From the NCBI RefSeq assembly GCF_006345805.1, contig NC_042998.1, positions 106,206,001 through 106,270,000 of the forward strand: a DNA stretch of 64,000 nucleotides. Direction: 5' to 3'. The notes under the pieces are model-generated. The model was given only the letters and a program-made list of their open reading frames with translations, was not told the origin of the DNA and searched no databases. Source of the DNA: Octopus sinensis (lineage: Eukaryota). Of the stretch, positions 11,132 to 24,340 are shown piece after piece (position 1 is the stretch's first letter; each line of letters starts with the position of its first letter). A program made the position numbers and the translations under genes.

Positions 11132-13323
11132 CATCATCATTGTTCGACCGTGGTCGAGACAATGGAATTTATCATGCTACGCCAGACTTCACGGTCCATC
11201 ATGGCATTATGGAGGTCCTGTTGCTGGATGCCTGTATCCCTGGAGATTACATCAGGGTAGGAGAGTGTGCGCCCTCTGGTATTGCAAATAGATGGCTTCC
11301 AGAGGAGAAGAGTAGAAATTACTTCTTTTTCAGCTCTACAACAATGTCCAGCAAACTGGACTCTCCTATCTTTCACAAGAGATGACACAGGTGGTAGTTT
11401 CCCATATATTTGCATTTTGGTTGGATGGTGCTTCCACGAGAGATTTTGAGCTCTCATAAGGAGGCGAGTGTAGGTTCCATCCAACCGCCTCTCAAGCTTC
11501 TTTGATAACGTCCAGGTTTCTGAGCCATATAGTAGAATTGGTTCGACTGTGGCTTTGAATATTTCAAGTTTGAAGTCTCTACTTAGATTTGATGACCAGA
11601 TCTTATGCATGTCATTACAGGCTGACCAGGCCATACCCTTTCTAGTTAGAAAGTCTTTTCCAGATGATGATATGTATGACCCAAGATATTTATAATCAGA
11701 AACCATATTTAAGGGCGCATTGTTGAGAGTATGGATGATGCAATCACTGTTGGACAGGCACTTGTTTATGTATTCAGTTTTGGCCTCATTGAGGTAAAGA
11801 CCTACACAATTTGAGGCTTGTTCAAGAGATTGTAAAAGAGACTGGGCATTGGAGAGAGAATCACTGATAAGAGCGATGTCGTCAGCAAAGTCAGTGTCTG
11901 TCAAGTACTCAGCTGGGTATCTGGAACTTCTTCTTGGTTTTATTTCAAAGCCCTTGCCAGAGATGGTATCAACTGACATACGTAGCACATAATCAACAAC
12001 AATGATGAAAAGAAATGGGGCGAGTGTGTCTCCCTGCAGTATTCCGGCTTTGATTGAGAAAGATGATGTTTCTCCGTCAGGGGTTAAGATGGTTGAAGAC
12101 GTATCTGTGTAGAGGACCTTGATGGCAGGAATGATTTTGTCTGGTATCCCATAGAGCTTAAGGATTTCAAACATCTTGTACCTATCTACAGAATCGAACG
12201 CTTTAGAAAAGTCTACAAATACCATTGCAAGATCGCGATTAAATGCTTTTGATTCTTCAATAAGTCCGCGTAGGCATAGTATCTGGCTCAGCGTTGAGCG
12301 CCCATGTCTGAATCCATTTTGGTTCTTTCGGAACAAAGGTTCAACAAAAAGGACAAGACGATTTAGGATCAGTTTGTTGTACAGTTTTGCAGCAATTGAC
12401 ATTAGAGATATACCCCTGTAGTTGGTGACGAGGGATAAATCGCCTTTTTTGGGTATTGGAATGATTTGAGATTGGTGCCAAATCTTTGGAGCGACAAAGG
12501 TGGAAAGTGTGTGGTTGCAGAGGTTGAGCAAAAGTGTGTGAAATCTATCATCCTTCCAAATTACAGCTGGGATGTTGTCGGGACCAAATGCTTTTGAGGC
12601 TTTTAGTTGCTTGGTGGCTGCTGTTAGTTCAAATATGGTAAAAGGGGAGGTGTTGATGTCCAGCGTGTCTGATATAGGCACACTTGGAAGAGTGGGGTTA
12701 TCAGGGATTTTGGCATTCTTCCCAAGGAGGTTTTTAAAATGGATTGACCAATTTTCTAAATGCTTCTTAGCTGATCCCCCTTTAATTCTAATTGATGACC
12801 CAGAATTTTTGCCTGATAAGTCTTTGATGGATTTCCAGGCAAGATGGTGTTTTTTACTAATGTGCTCTTTGGATAGTTTACTAATTTTGCCATTGATAAA
12901 GTCGACCTCGGCGTTCAAGTAAGCCTCATCAAGATTCTTCTTGGCAGCTATGAGTTGGATCTTCAGTGACTGGGATGGAGAACGGTGGTAAGCTAGTGAT
13001 ATAGACTTTAGATGGTTTCTGGCTTCGATGACATTTGGGGAATTAGAAGGTTTGCTCTGGCCCCTACTCTTCTTTTTGGAAAGAATAGCCAGTGCAACTT
13101 CCTCTGTTGATTTGATGAGGCTGCTGTATACTTCTTCAATGTTCTCAGCATCTATTTCAGAAGTAGACAGAGATTGAAATGTGTTATAGACCTCAATAGT
13201 AAATTGTTTGGACATATCGGGGTTAGATAAGACTTCTCCCAGTCGATCATTTTCATCGGGTGAGGCTTAGCTTTTTGGATGAGCGAAGACTAAGCTTAAC
13301 AGTAGCTGATACAATTCTGTGGT
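11132..13323 (-). mobile_element. 5'-truncated RTE-X-like LINE
   Basis: Begins in the endonuclease C-terminus (HRIVSATVKLSLRSSKK), then the RT ORF; (TGA)3 tail; gtggt present at both junctions; inserted in a SINE. Confidence 0.9.
11137..13215 (-). CDS. LINE reverse transcriptase ORF segment, 692 aa, uninterrupted
   Basis: KAFGPDNIP, NYRGISL, QNGFRHGRST, FVDFSKAFDSV, GILQGDTLAPFLF, FADD, YKYLGS, EPILLYGSETW. The Met is internal to the original ORF. Confidence 0.92.
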   Translation of the reverse strand: MSKQFTIEVYNTFQSLSTSEIDAENIEEVYSSLIKSTEEVALAILSKKKSRGQSKPSNSPNVIEARNHLKSISLAYHRSPSQSLKIQLIAAKKNLDEAYLNAEVDFINGKISKLSKEHISKKHHLAWKSIKDLSGKNSGSSIRIKGGSAKKHLENWSIHFKNLLGKNAKIPDNPTLPSVPISDTLDINTSPFTIFELTAATKQLKASKAFGPDNIPAVIWKDDRFHTLLLNLCNHTLSTFVAPKIWHQSQIIPIPKKGDLSLVTNYRGISLMSIAAKLYNKLILNRLVLFVEPLFRKNQNGFRHGRSTLSQILCLRGLIEESKAFNRDLAMVFVDFSKAFDSVDRYKMFEILKLYGIPDKIIPAIKVLYTDTSSTILTPDGETSSFSIKAGILQGDTLAPFLFIIVVDYVLRMSVDTISGKGFEIKPRRSSRYPAEYLTDTDFADDIALISDSLSNAQSLLQSLEQASNCVGLYLNEAKTEYINKCLSNSDCIIHTLNNAPLNMVSDYKYLGSYISSSGKDFLTRKGMAWSACNDMHKIWSSNLSRDFKLEIFKATVEPILLYGSETWTLSKKLERRLDGTYTRLLMRAQNLSWKHHPTKMQIYGKLPPVSSLVKDRRVQFAGHCCRAEKEVISTLLLWKPSICNTRGRTLSYPDVISRDTGIQQQDLHNAMMDREVWRSMINSIVSTTVEQ

Positions 13324-15959
13324 ACCATAGCACTGAAACAGGATAAAAGATAGAAGATAAGATCTAGCAAGCATTTAGTTCTCTTTCCCTTTACACCTTG
13401 AAACTCAAAGTATTATATTTCTTAGTCAGGGCAGGAACATCTACACCAAGTTTTCTGAGCCTCAGACACTGATGGAGAAAAGTAAGGAAGATGAAATAAT
13501 AACTGACAGGTTGCTGAAGGAGGAAAGTAGGACACCATATCTAGTTTTCTTAAGATTGGAAACCTGGTCTGCATGCATGCGACTGAATGAATTTTACAAA
13601 AGGCAATCAAGGGGCCCGAAGATAGTGTCAAACCAAGTGAATGATTAAGTTTCATCAGATTTGTGGGAAACAATTACAATTTTTTATCTATCAAATTCTC
13701 ACAAAAATATTGTGCATATTTTACATATTTCTATCAAAAATTCCCAGTAGGATTAATCACAACTCTTTCTATGTTGTTGTCTGTGGTTGCTTTAGATTTA
13801 TACATGACACCCACATAAATATGTATGCAATTGCACATATCTACTAAAATTTATTTGCTATTTTCATTTTATATTTTATCTCACTCTTTTTTTCTCTCCA
13901 GTTCATTGTTGCTTTTGTATATATTTCTAGAACCCTCTTTCTCTCTCTCTTTCTGATTTTCTCTGTCTCTCTCTCATCCTTTCTCTTTCTTCTATTGTTT
14001 TTCTTTCTCTCTTGATCCATAAATATAAGCTGATGTTTACAAAGTTCCATCAAAGATTAAGGATTAAAAGATTCCCCTTTCGATAAAGCTCTAGTCGCAT
14101 TGCCTTTAGAGATTAAAGACTTAAGAAGCTAGCTATCACATTGTTGCTTACTGATCAATACTGCAGTATTATATCTGTATCAGTAAACAAATCACACACT
14201 CACACATAAATATGCTCTTTCACGTACAAATAATTACACACTTACAAATATGTACACATATTGTTGTAGTAAACTATATTATATTATGCATTCATCAAGA
14301 AACCTCACACACTGTTCTCTTCTTTTCAGTCAAACCAATTAACTATCTTTTATTATCTTTTAGACAAAGCATTTTCAGAACCAGTTTAGCTAGTTTTGTA
14401 AATGTTTGTTTCAGCATACACATACTCTTTTGAACCTTGTGTGTGTGTATCAATGCACACACACACACACATTAACATACATGTGAAGGGATGGCATGAC
14501 TGTGTCATTAAGAAGTTCGTTTTCTAACAATATGGTGTCAGGTTCAATCTAGGTGTATGCAGCATTGGATTAGCCATTAAGCGATATAAGCACATGCTTA
14601 GTGTATCAAGGAAAACAGGGCACTACAGAAATGGTAAATGGTTTATGGCACAAAAGGAATCACTTTAAACTTGCTAAGATTATATTCAGAGTGGTTTATC
14701 TCTTTAATATTCAGATTATTCTTTCAAATATAATGTTCATTTATTTATACTGTTTTGAATTAATCACGCATTATCTTGTAGTTTAGGGATTTTGTTGATG
14801 TGATTGTTTAGTTTTAGAGTGACATTGTAGGATTGAGATGAGAGGCTGGATCGGGTATTTCACATGTTTCCTATATAAGTATAAATGTTGTTTTGACATT
14901 CTTTGTCAATAAGATGAGTGACCAGTTAATATTTTTTGAAGACCTGTGGAATAGAAAAAAATCTCTTACTTGAAAAACTAAGTTGGATTCATAAGAAAAG
15001 CCTCTGCCTGTAAACTTCTGCCTCAAAATCTTGAGATTGCTGTATCTTTTTACAATTTTATTTAATGACATAGCTTTACCAAAGCAAGAATAGGACCAGC
15101 TCATTACATACTTATCAAAATATTTTTTTCATCATCATCATCATTAATTAATGTCCGCTTTCCATGCTAGCATGGGTTGGACGATTTGACTGAGGACTGG
15201 TGAACTAGATAGCTGCACCAGGCTCCAATCTGATCTGGCAGAGGTTCTACAGCTGGATGCACTTCCTAATGCCAACCATTCCGAGAGTGTAGTGGATGCT
15301 TTTACATGCCACTGGCAAGAGGGTCAGTCAGGCAGTACTGGCAATGGCCACGCTCAAATGCTGTTTTTTACATGCCACCTGCACAGTCCAGCAGCACTGG
15401 CAACGACCTCACTGGAATGTTTTACACGTGCCACTGGCATAAGTGCCAGTAAGGCAATACTGGTAACGATCACCCTCAAATGGTGCTTTTTACATGCCAT
15501 GGAAACCAGTCAGCTGCTCTGGCAACAATCATGCTCGGATGGTGCTCTTAGCGCTCCACTAGCACAGATGCCTGTCATCGAATTTGATTTTAATCTCGAT
15601 TTCATTTGCCTCGGGTTCATAACCTATATAAAAAAAACAAGCTGTATTCATTCCATGTCACTCCAAACTATGAAACCCTGTATGCATCCAGCTACAGGCA
15701 AATAACAAAATGCATTATAATTGAAGCAAGTAAAACTGAATTTATTGAGTGAGGTACCTTTTGAAAAAGTAACCTAATGAGGCACATCTGCACTGAAGGA
15801 TGCACCACAACTAGTTGTCCAGAATCTCACCCACAAGAGACCGATGCAAGATGGGTCAAAACAATTGTTGTGATTAATAAAGAATCTTATGAATTCTATT
15901 TTCTGTTTTTCATTTGTAATTTACTCAACAGACATAGAGGCATTCCTGAAGTGATATAA

Positions 15960-16200
15960 GCTGGACAACAACTTACATTGGGGAGACAGCACATAACACA
16001 GGGGAGTGGATAGGGGAACACTGGAAGGAGTTCAAAGAGGAGAAAAGTTCATCAGTGCTCTGCCAACATGTTTGATTAGAACATAGAGACTCAATTAATA
16101 ACATAAATGTTGAGGTATTATCAACAGGAAACACAAATGGAACAATAACACCCCAACCACCAAACTATGCAACATGACAACAAAAGACAGAATAGGAGGA
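15960..16200 (+). mobile_element. Penelope-like GIY-YIG endonuclease relic
   Basis: From 15974: YIGETAHNTGEWIGEHWKEFKEEKSSSVLCQHV*LEH, matching the YIGET..R..EH..H pattern. Confidence 0.6.
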
Positions 16201-16753
16201 GAAAAAAGACAAATAAAAACAGTATAATAATACATAAACCCATATACATACTCACAAAATACGCACACACATAAACCTAAAACGAAATGGGGCGGAGGCT
16301 AAAAAATTGAGAAAAATAAATAAATAAATGAAAAAGGAACTAAATAAAGGGCATGAATACAAGCAGTATAGTAAGCAAACCCATATACACACACCCACAA
16401 CACATACAAAGCACATAGATATGTGTATACACACGCACACACACACACATACAGATACAAACATATGCACAGATAAGGATACACACCATAGAAAGACAGA
16501 AGGGACTAAACAAAACGGGAGGAGATATGTGGGAGGGAGAGTCACTGAAGAGGTCACAGATGTGTGACAAAAGATTTCCAGACAAAGGATATAAAATAAA
16601 AACAATAATAAATCTGAAGTGAAGAAAGAATATATAGTGCATGTGTTTATTAGCAAGAAAAAAATGGTCATCCTGAAATATAACAATACCTGTTTCAGCA
16701 CATGATTTCACATCAGAAATCTTGCAAAATACCATAAACATGTGTGTGTGTAT

Positions 16754-16807
<54 letters not shown>

Positions 16808-16900
16808 GTATACACACACACAAACACACATATATATACACATATATCATGCACATATATATACATATATTATGCACATATACATATTTAGATACATACA

Positions 16901-16970
<70 letters not shown>

Positions 16971-17805
16971 ACTTCTTTTAGTTTCCATTTACCAAATCCA
17001 CTCACAAGGCTTTGGTTGGCCTGAGGCTATAGTAGAAGACACTTGCCCAAAGTGCCATGCAGTGGGACTGAACCCAGAACCATATGGTTGGTAAACAAGC
17101 CATTTACCACACAGTCACTCATATATATAAACACACACACACACACACACACACATGTATATAACATTTACCTCATTTAAAGGTTTAGGGAGCTACAATT
17201 CAAATAAAGAACTCAAAGCATGTTTAAAACTGAATGTGTGACATGTATTACTTATATTCATGTTTCTTTAAAGAATATCTGCAAAACTATTCTCTAATGA
17301 CACATTTAGTTGTGTGTGTAAGTACATAAGTATGCATGTGTAAGTCTGTGTATGTGTGTGTGTACATGTGCATGTGTGTAAGTGTGTGTGTATGTCTGTA
17401 TGTGTGTGAGTGTGTGCATTCTCAAAAAATGCTAACCAGGTCAGTGCATCTCAAATTCTTTGTAAACTCCTAAATATATCTCCTTCTGTGTATATATATA
17501 CTACCAAACATGATTTTTAATGGACTCCTATTTTTATTGAACTCCTAATATTTTTATTGAATTCCTAATACTTTTTGTTTAATATTTTCTCAAGATATTT
17601 CCTTGTAAACTGTTTTTAACATTTTCTTATTATTATCAAAGAATGTATATATGTATTGTAATATTTTGTGACAACCAGTACTTAACACAACAAACCTTAT
17701 ACAAAGCTTTACATTTTACTTTTGACAATCTTTTTCTAAAAAAGTGAAACCGGTCGAGTGAATAAACATCTTTAAAATTACATTTTCAAACCTTCTTTCA
17801 TATAG

Positions 17806-17849
<44 letters not shown>

Positions 17850-19438
17850 AGATAAACAGACAGACAGACAGATAGATGCGTGTGTGTGTGTGTCTTTGTG
17901 TTTAGTTTATCGTCCTCACTACCACCACTACTTTGGCACTGTTATTAGCTTGTTTACATCTCTGTAACATAGCAGTTTGGTAAATAAAACTGACAGAATA
18001 ATTACCAAACTTTAAAATAAATACTAGGGTTAATTTATTTGACAAAAAAAAAAAACCTTCAAGGCAGTATCCCAGCATCTTTGCCACAGTCCAACAACTG
18101 AAATAAGTTAAATCTAAAATATTAAACAGGGTAATGATTCGAGGGAAATTTGGCTGTTATCTCAGGCTGGTCATGCAACTTTATAGAGACTGTGATGTTG
18201 GCTTCTCTAAAATGTAGTTGACATGTTTTCTAAAGTTCGAACAACAAACTGTTGCTAATGGGTTACTCCTACAAATACTTAAATATTAAACTATAAAAGT
18301 TATAATTGCCATCTAAAATATTCAGAATCTTTGTGAGTACAGAAATCTTCTTAGTGAGTGCACAATTCATCAATAGGCAGCACTGATTCATCTTAATCTC
18401 AAACACTTCCATTAATATCACGACTGTCTGTAGTTGACAGTTGCCTGAAAATTAATAGCAGTTGCCTGAAGGAACTTCTGTTTAAATTTGCTTTTGGAGT
18501 GGAATACATGTAAGTGAGCTGAAGCAGACCTTTGCTCGTTTCCTCTAACTCTGGTAGCAATTTTTTATTGATATTATATTTTTTATTTTATTTTCTTTAC
18601 AGCGTCAGTATAATCGCATTTTATGAAAATCTATTACTAATGAGATCCAGATCTTAGCCAGGCAAGGAAAAAAATTCTTCACTCATTCAAGACCATCGTT
18701 TGACAATAAAACTTGACTATGTTTGCCGTCTTTGATCTTACAGTAACAAATTACGTGTGAAACAAAATGTAGCACTATATTGACGTAATTAATCTGATAA
18801 ACACATAGAAGTGAGAATTTCTAGTAATTTTAAATTATCTTATAACACAAGCCATGTTGTAGTATAAGGAAATGCTTGATACAGTATCAAGTGAAACAAC
18901 ATAACTCACAATGCTTGCTCCTAATACTCCCATTCTACTGCAACATCAACCTAAAAGAAAAAACCACAAGAAGACATTCATAAGGAAAAGCCTTGACCTT
19001 TTAACTTCCTTACAGTCATTAGAAGTCAGTGATTATACTGTGTTTGCATGTTTTTTCTTCTGTTGGTGGTGGGGCTCATTTTCCATTTGTCTTTGAGGAA
19101 GAAAGACAACACTTGTGACATTTTTACATGCCTCTGACACAGACTGGAGCATGGTGGGCAGAAGCCCCAACTCTTTATTACTCTCAAACTAGAGTTCTTA
19201 AGTGAATGCTTGCAAAACTAGAGGGCCAGCAACAACCCTCAATAAAAGCATTTAAGGGCCAGTTGATGTTAAACCAGGTAATAGATTAAGTTTACCACAT
19301 GTTACAAATGTCAAAGTAAAATAGCATCCTACAACACCAAACCAATAAAATAGTGAACTCAATTTCAAATGTTGCCAACCAACACACTGGAATTTCAGCC
19401 GGTTTCAAAGATAAATATCATCAAAACTGTAAGAGTTT

Positions 19439-19440
<2 letters not shown>

Positions 19441-19480
<40 letters not shown>

Positions 19481-22400
19481 TGTGTACAGTGCTCAGGTGC
19501 ACTACAACTCATCTAAAGTGTATATATAATCAGGTGTAGTTTCGGCGGATTTCGGAAAGCATGAGGGCCTTAAAGGATGCAGTGTCATGGCAGTCAACAA
19601 CTGACGCAGGCAGTTTATTCCATGCTTCAGCAACTCTGAGCGTGAAAAAATGTTTCCGAAAGTCATGGGAGCTGTGTTGTTTTCTGACTTTGTAGGCATG
19701 TCCATGTGTGTTAGACACATGGAGATCAAAAAGGTGTTCAGTGTTGTTGTTGGTGAGGTGGTTGATAACTTTGTGGGTGTTTACCAAGTCCGTCGCCAGA
19801 CGCCGGAGCTTCAGTGAATCCATGCCCAGGGAAACAAGGCGCTCAGAATATGGTAGGTGTCTGATGGAGGGTATGCGTTTGGTTGCACGTCTCTGGACAG
19901 ATTCCAGGAGGTCAATGTTCTGAGCAAGATAGGGGTTCCAAACTGATGATGCGAATTCCAAGTGTGGTCATACCATAGCTGTATACAGTTTTAAATAGAT
20001 GGCTGGAGAGCGGCTAACAAAAGTCTTGCTGAGTGATGCCAAGACACCCTCGGCCTTCTTGACAATTTTAGAGATATGCTTTGTCCAACGCAAATCACTG
20101 CTGACAGTGATGCCTAGGTCACGCTCGCAAGAGGATTTCTTGATATCAGTGTTGTGGAGGGAGTATGTGGACGCAGGGTTTTTTCTCTCAAAATGCATGG
20201 TGGTACACTTGTCCACAGCCAGTTTCAGTTGCCAGTCTGTGATCCATTGCTGCATTGTGTCTAGGTCTGATTGCAGAAAAGAGTTGTAGACATCAGGATC
20301 AGTCCTCTTGATTTCAAGGTACAGCTTGATGTCGTCTGCATATTTCAATACTGTGGCATTCTTTAAATTGGCATCTATGTCATTAATGTATGCCACAAAC
20401 AAGAGGGGACCAAGGACAGATCCCTGTGGTACACCCAATGACATCTCATATGGTGTAGAGTGCTGTCCTAGAACTGTGACTACCTCCTTTCGGCTGAGGA
20501 TGAAGGATTTCAACCAGTTAAAAAGGTCATCCCCCACACCCATTGCAGAGAGTTTCACCATAAGCCTTTTGTGTGGCACAGAGTTGAAAGCCTTAGCAAA
20601 GTCAAGGTAGACAACATCCACCCATGAGCCACTGTCAGTGATCTGAGTAATGTCCTCAAGGAACTCGACAAGCTGGTCACTGCAGCTGGAGTTAGGGACA
20701 AATCCATATTGTGAGGGTCGGATGAGACTGTGAGAGCTCCAGAAGTTCCAGAGTGTTTCTCTGACACACGATTCCATCAGTTTTGCAATACAGCTAGTGA
20801 GACTGACTGGGCGATAGTTGACAGGTGATGTGCGGTCACCCTTTTTGAACAGAGGAATGACACTGGCAGTTTTCCACTGCTCCGGAGTAGCACCATTGTT
20901 GAGATAGTACTGGAAGAAAATAGAAAGCTGGTGTAAAAGGAAGTGCTGCCACATTTGAGAAGCAGGTATGTAACTCCATCGAGACCAGGGGGAGGCATAG
21001 TTGCGCTTATTTTGAAGGTGACGTTGCAGCATTGCAGGTGTAAATTCCATAGTTGTTATGGAGTTTGCTGTTAGTGATGGTGAAGATGGTACATTTTGAC
21101 TTTCAACAGTGAATATGTTTGCATAGCACTCGGCAATGAGTTCTGTGCATTCCTTGGGGTCGTCAGTGATCTGGTTTGTGTGAGGGTTGCGAAGAGGGCC
21201 CACTGGAGAGTGAGGTCTCTGCTTTGAATGCACATATTTCCAGAAAACCAGGATTGGCTGCTATGCACTGTTCAAATTCAAGCACTGCTTTTTTTGTCAC
21301 TTGCTTGAGATGGTTGGAGGATTTATTCCGCTTCTTCCTGTTGGTGTCTGATTTATGCAACTTGTATTCCCGTTCAGCAGTCTGACGTTCCTTCCTGGCA
21401 AGTCGGACCGCTGAAGTTTCCCAAATTGCCCTTTTGGGGCGGTTCTTCTTTTTTTGTTTACGTGGCACTGATGCTGCACATGCTGCCCATATTGAGTCCA
21501 GGATACTCTGGAGTATAGTATTCACATCTCCAGAGTTGTAGAATTCACGCCAGTTTGGGTGCTGTAGTTCAGTGTGGTACAGGTTCCAATCTGCTCTCTT
21601 CCAATCGAAGGAAGCAGATTGGAGATGGTTCAGGTTTTCGTTGCCCGCAAGAGCCAGATTGGCGATGATCATAGCATGATCAGAGTCACCTAGAGGTTCC
21701 TCCGTAGTGCAATTGATAACCGCTTCAGGAGTTGTGGTGAAGAGCAGGTCCAAGGTGTTGTCACCTCTTGTTGGAGAGGTGACTACTTGTGACCAGTTTG
21801 AGTCCAGCACAAGCTCAACAAAATCGTTTGCACTCTGTGGCCAATGGAAGGTTTCCCAATCGATCTCGGGATGATTGAAATCGCCTGCAATAAACACATA
21901 AGTGGCTGTTTTCCTGGCAGCAGCTCGGAGGATATCGCAAAGCTGTGTGTCCTGATGGTAATTTGGGGGATGATAAACAACGCCAAGCAGGAGTGTTGAC
22001 ATGGTCATACGTACGTCACAGAAAAAAACTTCTTCTTGTGATTCGTTCAAATCGGCACAAGGAATTACCAAAAAATTTGAACGAACGTAGACCATCACAT
22101 CACCACCACGGCGGTTAGTGTGGTCCTTACGGAAGAGGTTGTACCCCGTAATGTTGAAAACCCCATCACAGAGTAAGGAATGCGCCCATGTTTCCGTGAC
22201 AGTGATGAAGTCAGGGTCAATGCTTCTGACGTAGGCGTTGAATAAATGTATTTTGTTGCATAAACTGCGAGCATTTAAGGACAACAATTTGTACCCTGCT
22301 CGCAGTTTATGATGGTGTGTAGAGGATGGCAGGTTGTTCTAGCTTAGTTTCCCTGAGTTGCTGTAGTCTTTTTAGTTATTGTGGGTAGAGAGCACTCAGA

Positions 22401-22600
22401 CCAGCTGGTATCTCTCTTCCACGTTTCAGCAGTCTTGACAAATCTCCAGATTTGTCCATCTTCCCGAAGACTGAAGCTTTCCTGTAGAGCTGAGTTCCTA
22501 TTCAGGGAAGCCGCTACACATAGCTTCGGACATAGCTTTGAAATAGAATTTAAAGTTACCCGTAAAGATGATAAGTTCATTGATAAAGTTAGGATTATAC
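19441..22600 (-). mobile_element. CR1-group LINE, ORF2 nearly complete, frameshifted
   Basis: APE domain (LSLNARSL, VTETW, GDFNHP, LDLLF, SDH) at 21163-22287; RT (NYRPVSL, YLDFAKAF, GVPQGSVLGPLLF, YADD) at 19968-21233; C-terminus (ESVQRRATK..FFTLRVAEAWNKLP) at 19530-19961; (ATT)n tail at 19441-19480; frameshifts near 21230, 21010 and 19965. The 5' boundary is approx. Confidence 0.93.
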
Positions 22601-23269
22601 TAAAGGGAAATGTGAGTAAACTTTCATATAATTAAAGCTTTCCCATTCACTACAAATACTAGGCCTCAAAATCACTGATGATCTCACTTGGTGATCTCAT
22701 CTCACATCCATAACTTTGGAAAAACTGAATCACAAAGACTGGCCTTTCCTTTTAGAGCAAGAAAATAATTCAGCTCGCAACAGTTCCTAGCCCTCTACAA
22801 TGCTTAAATGAGACCCTTATTAATACTACAGCTGGGTTGTGCTACTCCTGAACACATGTAAACATCATAGACTCATTCAGACAAAAAAACTATTTGGATT
22901 GACTTGCTCACCAATACAATCCAACTTCCAGCCCATAGATGTCCTGCCTTCTCATTTCACCTTTTATACAGTGGTTGAATATTTTTGAAATATTAATATT
23001 TATTATAACACTCATGTGATTTACCCAACAAGATCCTTAGTCGCTAAAACTATGAGAAAATTTCCTCTTATCAGTGTTCAATATTTGTTTTCATTTTTCT
23101 TAATTTTTTATTCAATAATGCAATAAAATCTGATATTTCACTCTACTTTTAGAATCTCTCATGTTATGGAAGTAATGCATTTCTGGAAAGCTTGCAGTAA
23201 TACAAAATCATGGTACACTTGCACTAAGTGATTCTGAAAAGAAACAATCATGGAAGTGCTATGATGAAA

Positions 23270-23480
23270 GGTTACTAAATGTGGTAAATGCATGGGGGAA
23301 AGAGAGTCTTTCAAATGTGAACCTGATAGAAAGGCGAGTCATTCTACTTGACAGCAGTATGACAGATAAAGCAATTAAGAATATGAAGATAGAGAAAGCC
23401 CCTAGTCCATGAGGAATAATGGCTGAAATGCTTAAAATATCAGACAGAAGAGAGATTAATCAGAGATGTAGTTGAGGGGA
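23270..23480 (+). mobile_element. RTE LINE internal fragment
   Basis: DKAIKNMKIEKAPSP*GIMAEMLKISD matches the KAPGP.GI..EMLK motif that precedes the RT. Confidence 0.6.
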
Positions 23481-23589
23481 GGTGCTCATATATACAATAT
23501 AGTATTTAATTAGTGTATACCAGGAAACAAGAATGTCTTATATAATGCTACAGTGTCTGACTGCAAAGAAGCAGTTGACTAATGAATAT

Positions 23590-24340
23590 CCTTATAGTTC
23601 AGGTTTTTGTTGATCTTATTGTGACAGATTTCCAACTCTTTCTGTATGGGCAGTAGATCTTTAATTCATTCCCTGTATTTAGAAAATGGTCTTTGTTTGC
23701 TAATAGAATACCTAACTTCCCCATTTCCTTTAGAAATGTATCATCTGCTGTGATTGATTCTTTGATAAGGAAGATGCTTCTTTTCCGGGGATCATTGATA
23801 ACAATATCCAGCTGACTAGCTTTCATCTCTCTGTCTATGCAAATTGTCACACTCCAGAGCATGGTCACTTTTTTATTCACAGGAACCTTTCATTGTGTAT
23901 ATTAACTTTTTTTTTGTTATTATTTCATAGCACTGGCAAAACTTCCAGTATATAATAATCCTGACACTGACATGCCTACAGATTTACCTTCTCTTAGCTG
24001 ATACTGTCCAGTCAGAGACAGTGTGGTTAATTGTTTCTTACGGCCCTCACATACCCTACAGTTACTTAATGTATTCCGTTTCCCTATATATTTTTGGAGA
24101 TTTCTGGTGGGAACATGTAACAAAAATGCTTTGCACATGATACATACCAATAATTTGGTCACAGTGATCTTGGACGTTCTAGTATAGATTGTCAACACAA
24201 GGAGATTGAAACAATCTGTCTTGCTATAATTGTTGACGACCAGTATAAAAATATCTGTACACTGATAGATATCTCGATCCTTTTTGAGACAAATGTGACC
24301 CAGAGGAGATGAAAAATTTACCAAAACACAAAGCATCTGA
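23590..24340 (-). mobile_element. R4/Dong-like RLE LINE C-terminal fragment
   Basis: ..VPTRNLQKYI..SNCRVCE (knuckle region), then WSVTICIDREMKASQLDIVINDPRKRSIFLI..KE..KL (degenerate PD..D nuclease). Confidence 0.65.

Noticed and set aside
16690-16725. Minus-strand ctgatgtg..gaaacaggta hammerhead-like string
   Set aside because: A9 is missing and stem II does not pair convincingly; at best a heavily decayed relic.
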